In this document: positions 1 to 8,100 of the stretch, one piece after another
Layout: every line of letters begins with the position of its first letter
Numbering within the stretch: position 1 is the first letter of the stretch
Source: a virus
Taxonomy: Duplodnaviria > Caudoviricetes
Direction: 5' to 3' (one strand)
Length of the DNA: 46,595 nucleotides
IMG/VR virus record: IMGVR_UViG_3300028897_000328
Location: 1 to 46,595 of that record
Position numbers and translations under genes: made by a program
Notes under the pieces: generated by a model
Seen by the model: the letters and a program-made list of their open reading frames with translations, nothing else
Databases searched by the model: none
What the model was told of the DNA's origin: nothing

Positions 1-14
1 AGGACGGACTTCCT
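1..14 (+). repeat. 14-nt terminal direct repeat (left copy), circular-assembly overlap
   Basis: AGGACGGACTTCCT at 1-14 is identical to 46582-46595; joining keeps the scaffold frame open. Confidence 0.9.
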
Positions 15-1124
15 GATGTAGAGGTTGATTATGAATCGTTATTTAAACCTGAAAGTGAAAAGTCTAAAGAAAAGAAGGAAGCAAACAACGAGGAAGAGGA
101 CAAAGATTTAGAAGAAGACTCCGACGAAGACTCCGACGAAAACGAGGACGATAGTGAGGATGAAGACGAAGAAGCAGAAGAGGAAGACGATGAGGATGAG
201 TCCGACGAGGATGCAGAAGAAACCGAAAATGAGGATGGCGAAGAAAGTGACGAGGAATCTGAAGAAGAAGATGAAGATAACGAGGACGAAGAAGATGCAC
301 AAAAAGTCAAAGAAGGTGAGGAATTAGGAGAAGAAACTGAAGACTCCGATGAAGCAGAAGAAGGAAATTTTAAAAAGAGATTTCAGGATACTCAAAAGGC
401 TCTGCACCGAACCACTAGCAAGCTTAAAGATGCAGAGAAATCGAATAAGGAATTGACCGAAAGAATCGAGAAACTTGAAAAAGTTGTAAAACCTGCGGAA
501 AAGAAAGACGATGAGCCATTAACTTTGAAGAATGTTGATCCGAAAGTTTTAGCTCAAGCTTATCAGAAAGATCCAATTGGAACTACCAGATGGATCACGG
601 ATCAGCAGATGCGAATAAGTCAAGAAGAATTTAGGGCTCAAGAGGCGGTTCAAAAAGACGAGGCTGACCGTAAAAAGTTTCAAGAAGATTCGGAAAATAA
701 AGCTTTTGAGTTATATCCTGTACTGGATGAGGTTTTAGATTTGGAGCCCGACGATCTAAAAGCCTTGAAAAAATCCGATCCTGATAAATATGATTTCGCT
801 AAAAAGGTAACAGAGTATTATCAAATTAACTTGAAGCGAAATGATGATGAGGCTTTACTTAATGCCGCAAATAAAGTTTATCGAGAAATGTCTTCAAAAA
901 CTATGGCACGACTTTTGAAGGATGCTAAAATTGCGGCGAAACGTGAGCTTTCACACAAAAAGCGCGTTCTTGGAAAAGTCAAAACAGCAAAAGGATCTGT
1001 GAAAAGTGGTAAATTAGCGGGCCGTAAGCCGTTGACGGACGAAGAATTTGGTAAACTTTCTGAGACTGATCAATGGAAGTATTTGAATGAGGGAATTGAA
1101 AAGAGTTTGCGTAATAAAAAATAG
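3..1124 (+). CDS. Capsid scaffolding protein, 3' part (true start at 46506 across the join, about 399 aa in total)
   Basis: Frame is open from base 3 to TAG 1124; long D/E tract, then FKKRFQDTQKALHRTTSKL coiled coil and a basic C-terminus; lies between portal and capsid genes. The track's start at 453 is a truncation artefact. Confidence 0.85.
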   Translation, partial: DGLPDVEVDYESLFKPESEKSKEKKEANNEEEDKDLEEDSDEDSDENEDDSEDEDEEAEEEDDEDESDEDAEETENEDGEESDEESEEEDEDNEDEEDAQKVKEGEELGEETEDSDEAEEGNFKKRFQDTQKALHRTTSKLKDAEKSNKELTERIEKLEKVVKPAEKKDDEPLTLKNVDPKVLAQAYQKDPIGTTRWITDQQMRISQEEFRAQEAVQKDEADRKKFQEDSENKAFELYPVLDEVLDLEPDDLKALKKSDPDKYDFAKKVTEYYQINLKRNDDEALLNAANKVYREMSSKTMARLLKDAKIAAKRELSHKKRVLGKVKTAKGSVKSGKLAGRKPLTDEEFGKLSETDQWKYLNEGIEKSLRNKK

Positions 1125-1160
1125 AACGAGTAAAATAACAAATCAAAGGAGAATAGTGAT

Positions 1161-2516
1161 ATGGACTTTTTAAAATGGATTTTGAATCTTTTTCATCTGT
1201 CGTTTGATGATACGCCGTTTAATGTGCATACTACGGCTGACTTGGACGTTTTTATTCCTGAAAAATGGGATACCAAAGTTCGTCTGGATGCTGAACGGAA
1301 GGAGTTCTTCAACAAGTTCGAGGGTGAGGAAGGTTCCAGTATGCCTATTATCCGTAGAAATGATTTTACTGCGGCTCCTGGTGACGTAGTTCACGTTGAT
1401 GTTATGTCAAATCTTCGTGGAGCAGGAGTTTCTGGTGAAACTATTTTGAAGGGTAAAGAGGAAAAACTTCAATTCAACCAATTTGATTTGAAGGTAGATT
1501 GGCTTCGTCACGCGGTTGGTTTTAATAAGCGCGGGACCAAGAGAGCGTTTATTAATGCTATGAAAATGGCAAATACGGCTCTCTCTACTTGGCTTGCAAA
1601 AGTCAAGGACGATGAGTGCTTTGGTCAGCTTTTGGACCTGGGCGCACAAAGCCGTCTTGGAACTGCGGATAGCGCGTCTGTCACAACGATCTATCCCAAT
1701 GCAGTTACCGCTGTATCGGGTTTAACTGATGCCGATACGATGGGCGTTGCCGAGCTTAACAAAGTTAAGTTTGTGCTTTCACGAAAACACGCCCTTCCTA
1801 TTCAGACCATTATGGATGGGAAGCAATTGGTTGAGTTTTATGGTATTGTAATGGATGATATTGCGGCAGAGTATTATCTGAAAAGTGATCCTGTGTGGCA
1901 ACAGGCTCAAAGGGAAGCTGGTCTTCGTGGGGATGGCAACCGTCTATTTACTGGTGCATTGGGACAGTTGAATGGAATGGTCGTTTATTCTTATAAAGGC
2001 AAGTCTGGTGAGGGTTCATTCCTTCGTCCAGAAATGGCAGTTTCGGCTCAGTCTCTTGCTGATGCTGAAATCCTTTTGGGTACGTCTGGTGACCGTATTC
2101 CCTATCAGAAGTATTTCGTAAACGGCGCAACGAAGTATACCCGTGTTGCGGCGGCTGATGGTACGGAAACGGCAATCACTATGGACGCTGGAGCAGTTAC
2201 GGCTGGCGTAAATAATGAAACCGAAATCGCAAAGCATTATCATTTGGTTGCACATACTCACGCGCAGTTTGAGGCTGGTGATTTGATTACCCAAGAGAAT
2301 CATTATGCTACCGCTATCGGCTTTGGTGCTGAGATTGCGGCCCGTGTGTGGGGAATGTATCCTAATGCGATTAGGGACGTGCAGGACTTCGGGTTCTCGT
2401 ATGGTGTTGGTGTTGAGGCAGTTTACGGTCATAAAATGATCGAAGATACCCATGACGTTGCGCCGAATCATGTCCTTTTGAAGCATTATTGCAAGAACCC
2501 TTATTTCGGAGTCTAG
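1161..2516 (+). CDS. Major capsid protein, N4-gp56/DUF4043-like
   Basis: Motifs GDVVHVDVMSNLRGAGVSGETILKGKEEKL, LRHAV, NRLFTGALGQLNG, DFGFSYGVG; AGGAG RBS; follows scaffold. Confidence 0.9.
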   Translation: MDFLKWILNLFHLSFDDTPFNVHTTADLDVFIPEKWDTKVRLDAERKEFFNKFEGEEGSSMPIIRRNDFTAAPGDVVHVDVMSNLRGAGVSGETILKGKEEKLQFNQFDLKVDWLRHAVGFNKRGTKRAFINAMKMANTALSTWLAKVKDDECFGQLLDLGAQSRLGTADSASVTTIYPNAVTAVSGLTDADTMGVAELNKVKFVLSRKHALPIQTIMDGKQLVEFYGIVMDDIAAEYYLKSDPVWQQAQREAGLRGDGNRLFTGALGQLNGMVVYSYKGKSGEGSFLRPEMAVSAQSLADAEILLGTSGDRIPYQKYFVNGATKYTRVAAADGTETAITMDAGAVTAGVNNETEIAKHYHLVAHTHAQFEAGDLITQENHYATAIGFGAEIAARVWGMYPNAIRDVQDFGFSYGVGVEAVYGHKMIEDTHDVAPNHVLLKHYCKNPYFGV

Positions 2517-2554
2517 TCTGAACGGATTCTTTGAAGTAAGGTTATAGTATAATC

Positions 2555-2585
2555 AGCAGGGGGGACGCTAAGCGACCCCCCTGCT
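2555..2585 (+). terminator. GC-rich stem-loop after the capsid gene (possible terminator or stabilising hairpin)
   Basis: AGCAGGGGGG(2555-64)...CCCCCCTGCT(2576-85); no strong U-tract follows. A TATAAT lies at 2548-2553. Confidence 0.5.
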
Positions 2586-2600
2586 ACTCTAGGAGGAATA

Positions 2601-2993
2601 ATGGAAAAGGAAACCATTTTACTTGTTAATCGGTATTCACCGCTTTTGACTTTGACTGAGGGGATAAAGAAGTATCAGTTTTATTATAACAAGCCTGTCG
2701 AATTGGATTACGGAGAAAATCCGAATCTGGTAACTCGCGCCCTTAAATGCGTGGAGCTTGTTATTTGTAATAAAGCCATGCTGAAACAACTTGAGGTTGA
2801 GCAAGGTATCACTCAAAAGCCATATAAAACAGCAAAACAGGAAGCGATTGAGGAGAGGGAAAAGGCAAAAGAAAAACAACAAGTTACGGAAAAGAAAGCT
2901 ACGGCAAAAAAAGCCAGGACCAAAAAGGCTGTGAATTTAAAATTAGATGATACCTTATCTAGTACGGCTAAAGATCCAGCTTCTGTCCAATAA
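2601..2993 (+). CDS. Hypothetical late protein with Lys-rich tail
   Basis: AGGAGG RBS; 130 aa; directly after capsid gene. Confidence 0.7.
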   Translation: MEKETILLVNRYSPLLTLTEGIKKYQFYYNKPVELDYGENPNLVTRALKCVELVICNKAMLKQLEVEQGITQKPYKTAKQEAIEEREKAKEKQQVTEKKATAKKARTKKAVNLKLDDTLSSTAKDPASVQ

Positions 2994-3015
2994 AATCATT
3001 AGGAGGAAGGTTAAG

Positions 3016-3384
3016 ATGCGAATTTCTAAACGATTACTTTATGGACTTTTTATTTCAGTTTTATTAATTGCAGTTTGTAGTCCTATTTTGTTTGCAGGAT
3101 GGGCCGCAATCCCAGGTACTATTGGTAAAAGCACGATCATTTCTGCTACTGATACGGCAGGAGAGGTTATTATTAATCGGCGGCATGTTACGCTTGTTAA
3201 TGATGGGCCCGACGAATTTTATTTTCTCGTTAATACGGATACCGATGCTACAACGTCCAACTCATATTTAAGTTCAGGAGAAAGCATTACGATGGACTCA
3301 AATTTGAATGGCCTTATTTTTAATATTCAATATATCTGCGATACTGGCGAAACGGCCTCAGTACGTTATTGGGGTTGGGACTAG
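3016..3384 (+). CDS. Signal-peptide-bearing small beta-rich protein, putative virion decoration subunit (122 aa)
   Basis: AGGAGG at 3001-3006 favours ATG 3016; MRISKRLLYGLFISVLLIAVCSPILFA resembles a Sec signal; paralogous to the C-terminal domain of 3472-5316. Confidence 0.7.
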   Translation: MRISKRLLYGLFISVLLIAVCSPILFAGWAAIPGTIGKSTIISATDTAGEVIINRRHVTLVNDGPDEFYFLVNTDTDATTSNSYLSSGESITMDSNLNGLIFNIQYICDTGETASVRYWGWD

Positions 3385-3435
3385 AAATCCCTTTGGGATT
3401 AGAAATCCCTTTGGGATTAGAAATCCCTTTGGGAT
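3382..3435 (+). repeat. Three tandem 18-bp copies of TAGAAATCCCTTTGGGAT
   Basis: Exact copies at 3382, 3400, 3418; each holds ATCCC-TTT-GGGAT; the first supplies the TAG stop of 3016-3384. Confidence 0.95.
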
Positions 3436-3471
3436 CAAAATACAACTTAAAATATGTAAAAGGAGAATCTA

Positions 3472-5316
3472 ATGTTACGCAAATTGATCTTTAGTGCATT
3501 TTGCGGTTTATTCTTATTCGCACAAAACGGCTTAGCAAAAAGTACAGATCGTTTTTATGATACTGATGCTGTGATAATGCTTCATGCTGATGGAGCAGAT
3601 AGTTCATCTAATATAATTGATGATGGTTCTGCGCAACTTCAATGGGAAACAAATACGATTGATATTGAAAATGGTGATATTCCATTAGGTCATAATGCCG
3701 AACTTGATACGCTTAAAAATACTATTATAACTCCTGCTCCATTAACTGAGTACCGTATTCTTTTACATTGTGATGGTGAGGATGATGGAGTAATTTTTAC
3801 TGATTCAGCAGGAGCCGTAACTTGGCAAGCTGAAGGCGATTCAAATACGACTCAAACCGATGTTAAAAAATTTGGAACAGCCGCATGTTATCGAAATGAG
3901 GCGGGAGTTGGTGAGTCAATTAATACTACTGTAAGTGAGACAAATGATTATTTTGATGTTGGAACAGGTGATTTTACAGTAGATTTTTGGATTTATTTTG
4001 TAGATAAAGACCAAAAAGGTAAAATATTTACTCCCAGCGGTGGGGGAGGAGATAGTTTTGTAATTGATTGGTATGGCGATAGAAATCCTGATCGTCTTCA
4101 GATTAAAGTTGAGAATGTTGTAATTTTTAATCATAATTCAGATGTTGTAAACAATACTTGGTATCACTATGCGCTTACTCGCGCTTCCGGTGTATTGTAT
4201 CTTTTTGTAAATGGAATAAAAGTTAATGAAGCAGTAAACACGGCTTTTATTGATATGAGTGGAGACAATCCAGGCAAAGTCGGAGAAACCCCTTACGCAT
4301 ATATTGATGAATTTCGTTATCTAGTAGGTGAGGCCGCATGGACCTCAGATTTTACTCCTCCAATTGAGGCTTATACCTATGAAGCTGATGAACCAACAAT
4401 TACTACGATTTTTGGAGGAAGCTCATTATCATTTAATTTATATGGTAATCGGTCCGAATGGATTTATGCTATATTGGATGCGGCTACTTCTCAAACATTA
4501 AGCCTAGAATCTGATCCTTTTACGATTGATTTTAGATTTAGATTTCAAACCCACACAACTAATGATGAATTAATTCGACTTGTTTTATCCGAGACAAATC
4601 AATTTTCTTGGAAACTTAATTATTATCCAAATGATGATAATTTTAAATTTGATGCGTGGGATGATAACAATAATCAAATTGAATTTTTAATACCAACCGG
4701 AGAACTTAGTGATGAAGTTTGGTATCATTTTGCTTTAATCAGAGATACTTCTGGAATATTAACTGCATACCTTGATGGAGTGGAGGTTGCCAATACAGAA
4801 ATAGGAATAGAAACGGTAATTAGAAATCTGTATAATCCTTTAGAAGGACAACTTCAATTTCAATTAGGGGCTTCTCCAAATATAAAAACAACTCCTCCTA
4901 GTGTAATTTATGAGTATCAAGGATGGATTGATGAGTTTAGGTTAGTTAAAAATACGACTATTTGGAAAACCAATTTTACTCCTCCTACTTTAAATTATGA
5001 TCCATTTCCAGCATTTCAAGCCCCTGAAGCTGGTAAGCGGCCTACAACACGGCCAGGAAAAAGTGGTGTTGTATCAGCCCATAATCCTCCGCAAGAATTG
5101 CGGGTTGATGCAAGGCATGTAATTATGGTAAATGATGGACCAGACGAAGTTTATTTGATTACGAATTCTTCTACGGTAAGTGCTTCAGGATATGCTTATA
5201 TTAATTCAGGCGAAGCTTTCATAGCAGATTCTAGCGAGAATGGCGAAATCTATAATATTACTTATATTTGCGCTCCAGGTGAAACGGCAAGTGTTCGTTA
5301 CTGGACTTGGGACTAA
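3472..5316 (+). CDS. Signal-peptide-bearing protein with two LamG/ConA-like domains and a C-terminal paralogous domain
   Basis: MLRKLIFSAFCGLFLFAQNGLA signal; LamG motifs LLHCDG, DFTVDFW, WYHYALTR, YIDEFR, FTPP occur twice; ends ASVRYWTWD. Confidence 0.85.
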   Translation: MLRKLIFSAFCGLFLFAQNGLAKSTDRFYDTDAVIMLHADGADSSSNIIDDGSAQLQWETNTIDIENGDIPLGHNAELDTLKNTIITPAPLTEYRILLHCDGEDDGVIFTDSAGAVTWQAEGDSNTTQTDVKKFGTAACYRNEAGVGESINTTVSETNDYFDVGTGDFTVDFWIYFVDKDQKGKIFTPSGGGGDSFVIDWYGDRNPDRLQIKVENVVIFNHNSDVVNNTWYHYALTRASGVLYLFVNGIKVNEAVNTAFIDMSGDNPGKVGETPYAYIDEFRYLVGEAAWTSDFTPPIEAYTYEADEPTITTIFGGSSLSFNLYGNRSEWIYAILDAATSQTLSLESDPFTIDFRFRFQTHTTNDELIRLVLSETNQFSWKLNYYPNDDNFKFDAWDDNNNQIEFLIPTGELSDEVWYHFALIRDTSGILTAYLDGVEVANTEIGIETVIRNLYNPLEGQLQFQLGASPNIKTTPPSVIYEYQGWIDEFRLVKNTTIWKTNFTPPTLNYDPFPAFQAPEAGKRPTTRPGKSGVVSAHNPPQELRVDARHVIMVNDGPDEVYLITNSSTVSASGYAYINSGEAFIADSSENGEIYNITYICAPGETASVRYWTWD

Positions 5317-5342
5317 AAGTTAAAAACAAAAGGAGAAATTAA

Positions 5343-6383
5343 ATGAAAAAGACTTTAGCAAAAATTTTAATATTGGGAATTGTTGGCTTATTTAGCTTTA
5401 GTATGCCCGTCCTGGGTTCTGCATTTAATTCGGCTGAGTCTGATCCTATTTTTACAGCCTCAGATTCATATGGGATTACCTCATCTGATATTTCGAATTG
5501 GGATACTGCTTATGGCTGGGACGATCATTCGACTCAAAACTATTTGGATAAAGATACAGATCCGTATGTCGCTTCAGAATCCGATCCTGTATTCGTGGCA
5601 TCAGATGTTGCTGGTGTTACGACAACAGACATTTCAAATTGGGACACGGCATATGGTTGGGGAGATCATTTAAGTGCTGGGTATTTTGTAAAAGCTTCCG
5701 ATACTTTGGATGACATTTCCGATGGGATAACTTATGGAAAGCCTACTCTAACTCAAATTTCAAATTGGGATACTGCTTACGGTTGGGGGGATCATGCAGG
5801 GGAGAATTATTTAGATAAAGATACGGACCCATATGTAGCTTCGGAGTCTGATCCCGTATTTGTAGCTGAAATTACTTTTGCCGCTATTCAGACTCGAATT
5901 GCGGATAAGACCCTTGTGAATGAGGAAGATGCAGTTACTTGGGACTCTGACCATAGATTCGGAAGTCAACATACTATTGTCGGTTCAGGATCTATTTCTA
6001 GTTGGGATAGTGACATTGATTCTATGGAAGTAGGTTTAACTGGCGCATTTGTAGGTTCAGAAAGTCAATTAAAAATGGGTATTTTTAATAATGCTTATGT
6101 TAATGGCGGTGCTAGTTATGCGAGTAATGCAAAATATAAAACGAATGGGTTTGCCGAAGCTTGGTTTTTTAGCACTGATGGTAAGCATTATTTTGCTGTA
6201 GCAGATAGTGGAATAGCGACTAACGCGATTACTTGGCGGTATGCTTTAATACTTGAAAATGACGGAGATGCAATTATACTTGGAGAAGCAGAAATTACCG
6301 ATACGAATACGGGCGGTAATGCTGGAACCGATCTCTGTATTGATGCAAATAAGAGAATTTGTGCTTGTGGAAGTTGTGCATAA
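5343..6383 (+). CDS. Signal-peptide-bearing fibre-like repeat protein
   Basis: MKKTLAKILILGIVGLFSFSMPVLG signal; 3x SNWDTAYGW(G/D)DH and 3x ESDP(I/V)F repeats as seen in phage fibres; ends CIDANKRICACGSCA. Confidence 0.75.
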   Translation: MKKTLAKILILGIVGLFSFSMPVLGSAFNSAESDPIFTASDSYGITSSDISNWDTAYGWDDHSTQNYLDKDTDPYVASESDPVFVASDVAGVTTTDISNWDTAYGWGDHLSAGYFVKASDTLDDISDGITYGKPTLTQISNWDTAYGWGDHAGENYLDKDTDPYVASESDPVFVAEITFAAIQTRIADKTLVNEEDAVTWDSDHRFGSQHTIVGSGSISSWDSDIDSMEVGLTGAFVGSESQLKMGIFNNAYVNGGASYASNAKYKTNGFAEAWFFSTDGKHYFAVADSGIATNAITWRYALILENDGDAIILGEAEITDTNTGGNAGTDLCIDANKRICACGSCA

Positions 6384-6402
6384 AATTAAAGGAGAATGTA
6401 AA

Positions 6403-6666
6403 ATGAAAAGATTAATTTATTTGTTGATAGTTGTATTCATGTTCATATCCCCAATTTGTTGGGCTAGTATGGAAAGCGATTTTTGTGATGCAAAAGGTTT
6501 TGATTCACAAGCAAGTGGGTTGACCTGTGCTGAATTTATTGATCAATCTATATCTGATTTTATGTGGTCTGTAATTAGAACCCATAAAATACAAGAGGCC
6601 GTTGATAGTGCTATTGCAACTGTTGAACAAGAAGTAGAAAATGCTCAACAAGAAGTTGTGATATAA
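6403..6666 (+). CDS. Small signal-peptide-bearing protein, possible fibre chaperone (87 aa)
   Basis: AGGAG RBS before ATG 6403; MKRLIYLLIVVFMFISPICWA signal; directly follows the fibre gene. Confidence 0.65.
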   Translation: MKRLIYLLIVVFMFISPICWASMESDFCDAKGFDSQASGLTCAEFIDQSISDFMWSVIRTHKIQEAVDSAIATVEQEVENAQQEVVI

Positions 6667-6689
6667 AATTCATAGAAAAGAGATAATTT

Positions 6690-6857
6690 ATGAATAAGAA
6701 AGATTTAACAATCAAAGAGCGTTTGGCAATTTTAGAAACATTGATGACTAATCATTTAAAGCACCATGAAAAACATTTTTATATAATGTTGGCATTATTG
6801 CCTCCGATTCTTGGTGGGGTCGGTTGGATCTTATGCCGATTATATGGGGTTCTTTAA
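6690..6857 (+). CDS. Small membrane protein, holin/XhlA-like candidate (55 aa, not in ORF track)
   Basis: MNKKDLTIKERLAILETLMTNHLKHHEKHFYIMLALLPPILGGVGWILCRLYGVL: coiled coil plus one C-terminal hydrophobic segment; stop overlaps the next start. Confidence 0.6.
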   Translation: MNKKDLTIKERLAILETLMTNHLKHHEKHFYIMLALLPPILGGVGWILCRLYGVL

Positions 6858-6967
6858 TGAAATGGTTTGGTATGGATGATATTTTATTTTTAGTCCTTTT
6901 TGTTGTTATTGTTTTTAACGCAGGATTTTATCTTGGCCGAATTTATGAAAGGATAAAAAACAGATGA
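6857..6967 (+). CDS. Small single-TM protein (36 aa, not in ORF track)
   Basis: MKWFGMDDILFLVLFVVIVFNAGFYLGRIYERIKNR; TAATG and ATGA overlaps couple it to both neighbours. Confidence 0.55.
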   Translation: MKWFGMDDILFLVLFVVIVFNAGFYLGRIYERIKNR

Positions 6968-8100
6968 AAACAACGGCTTATTATTTAGATTACATGGCAG
7001 ATGAGTACGGTGTTGACGGGCATAATGCTTTAACGTCAAAAGTTCTGCGTCAATTTAAAAAATATTTAGTTGATACAATTGAAGATTGGGAATTGCAAGG
7101 TGACATTGATTATTTAAAGCAACTTGGTATGTATAAAACCAAGGGCCCTGTTTCTGGAACAATTACAGCCAATCGTGGTGAGCAGACCGTAACTTTATCC
7201 AGCGATCCTGGATTTAAGGCCATTGGTTGTGAGCTTCAAGTGGCAGGAAAGATTTATACTTTGGTTCAGTATTTAGGTTCGAGTCAATTTAATATCTTCC
7301 CCGCTTTTATGGATGCCGACACAACAACCGAGGTTTTTGAAATTCGTTTTAATAGATTTCCAGCCCCGCCTTATTTTAAAAAGCTTCTTAAACGAAATAT
7401 GATTTATTTAACTTCACTCGATCAACGGCACGAAATTCAAGAAATAGATTTTTCCAGACTTCCGTTAAGTAACGATGATTCGGACCCTGTTTTTTGCCAA
7501 GTTCGATATACAACGAGGACTCACGGATTTATTACCCAAGGAATTGTCTCAGGTTCCGTTATAACTGTCGGAGTTACGGCAACTGCCATGACCGATGATA
7601 TGGTAAATATGCCTGTAATGTTTGAAGGACGAAACGAGATTTACCATATTGTTAATGTCAATAGTACAGGTAAGACTATCACACTTGATCGTGAAATTTC
7701 TTCTGCGTTAACGGCATCGACTAATATCTTTGTACTTCCCAAAGGATCTTATTTATTTGAGCTTTATCCTCATCCTGATGAAGAAAAGCAGATTATTTAT
7801 GATTACTTAGAATCGGAAGCCTCAAAATCAGGAGATACAGAGATTATTCAAGCCCCCTCAACAGTTGTTCTTGCAGGGTTAAATATTCGATTAGCACGAT
7901 TCAAAAAATCGGCATCCACTTCTGAGATCGAATCGTTAAAGGACTCTTTCACAACCGCAAAAGAGGACGCGAAGGCAAAAGAAATTACCGATTATGTTCC
8001 ATCAGTAGCGTTTTTTGGAAGCGGTAGGGAAAACTATTACTCTACTGATTATGGACGTAAGCGTTATCCCAGGCGAAGAGGTCCTTATGGACGGCCTTAA
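6964..8100 (+). CDS. Putative head-tail adaptor with inserted beta domains
   Basis: Helical N- and C-termini, LYPHPD motif, position before nozzle genes; internal beta-rich segments GTITANRGEQTVT and GSVITV...TITLDR. Confidence 0.6.
   Translation: MKTTAYYLDYMADEYGVDGHNALTSKVLRQFKKYLVDTIEDWELQGDIDYLKQLGMYKTKGPVSGTITANRGEQTVTLSSDPGFKAIGCELQVAGKIYTLVQYLGSSQFNIFPAFMDADTTTEVFEIRFNRFPAPPYFKKLLKRNMIYLTSLDQRHEIQEIDFSRLPLSNDDSDPVFCQVRYTTRTHGFITQGIVSGSVITVGVTATAMTDDMVNMPVMFEGRNEIYHIVNVNSTGKTITLDREISSALTASTNIFVLPKGSYLFELYPHPDEEKQIIYDYLESEASKSGDTEIIQAPSTVVLAGLNIRLARFKKSASTSEIESLKDSFTTAKEDAKAKEITDYVPSVAFFGSGRENYYSTDYGRKRYPRRRGPYGRP

Noticed and set aside
1-14. Biological terminal repeat or attachment site
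   Set aside because: It lies inside the scaffold gene and no integrase is present; an assembly overlap is simpler.
29-310. Ser-, Phe- and His-rich minus-strand ORFs
   Set aside because: Shadows of the Asp/Glu codon tract of the scaffold gene; the same applies to 32188-32475 opposite SSB.
2947-3015. Longer ORF-track starts (2947, 6253, 8015, 23513, 35451, 38347 and similar)
   Set aside because: They overlap upstream genes or lack an RBS; downstream starts fit better.
3382-3435. CRISPR mini-array
   Set aside because: Repeats are head-to-tail with no spacers and only 18 bp.
3181-5316. Diversity-generating retroelement (similar 3' ends of two genes plus a downstream hairpin)
   Set aside because: Differences involve all bases and many are synonymous, not adenine-specific; no reverse transcriptase is present.
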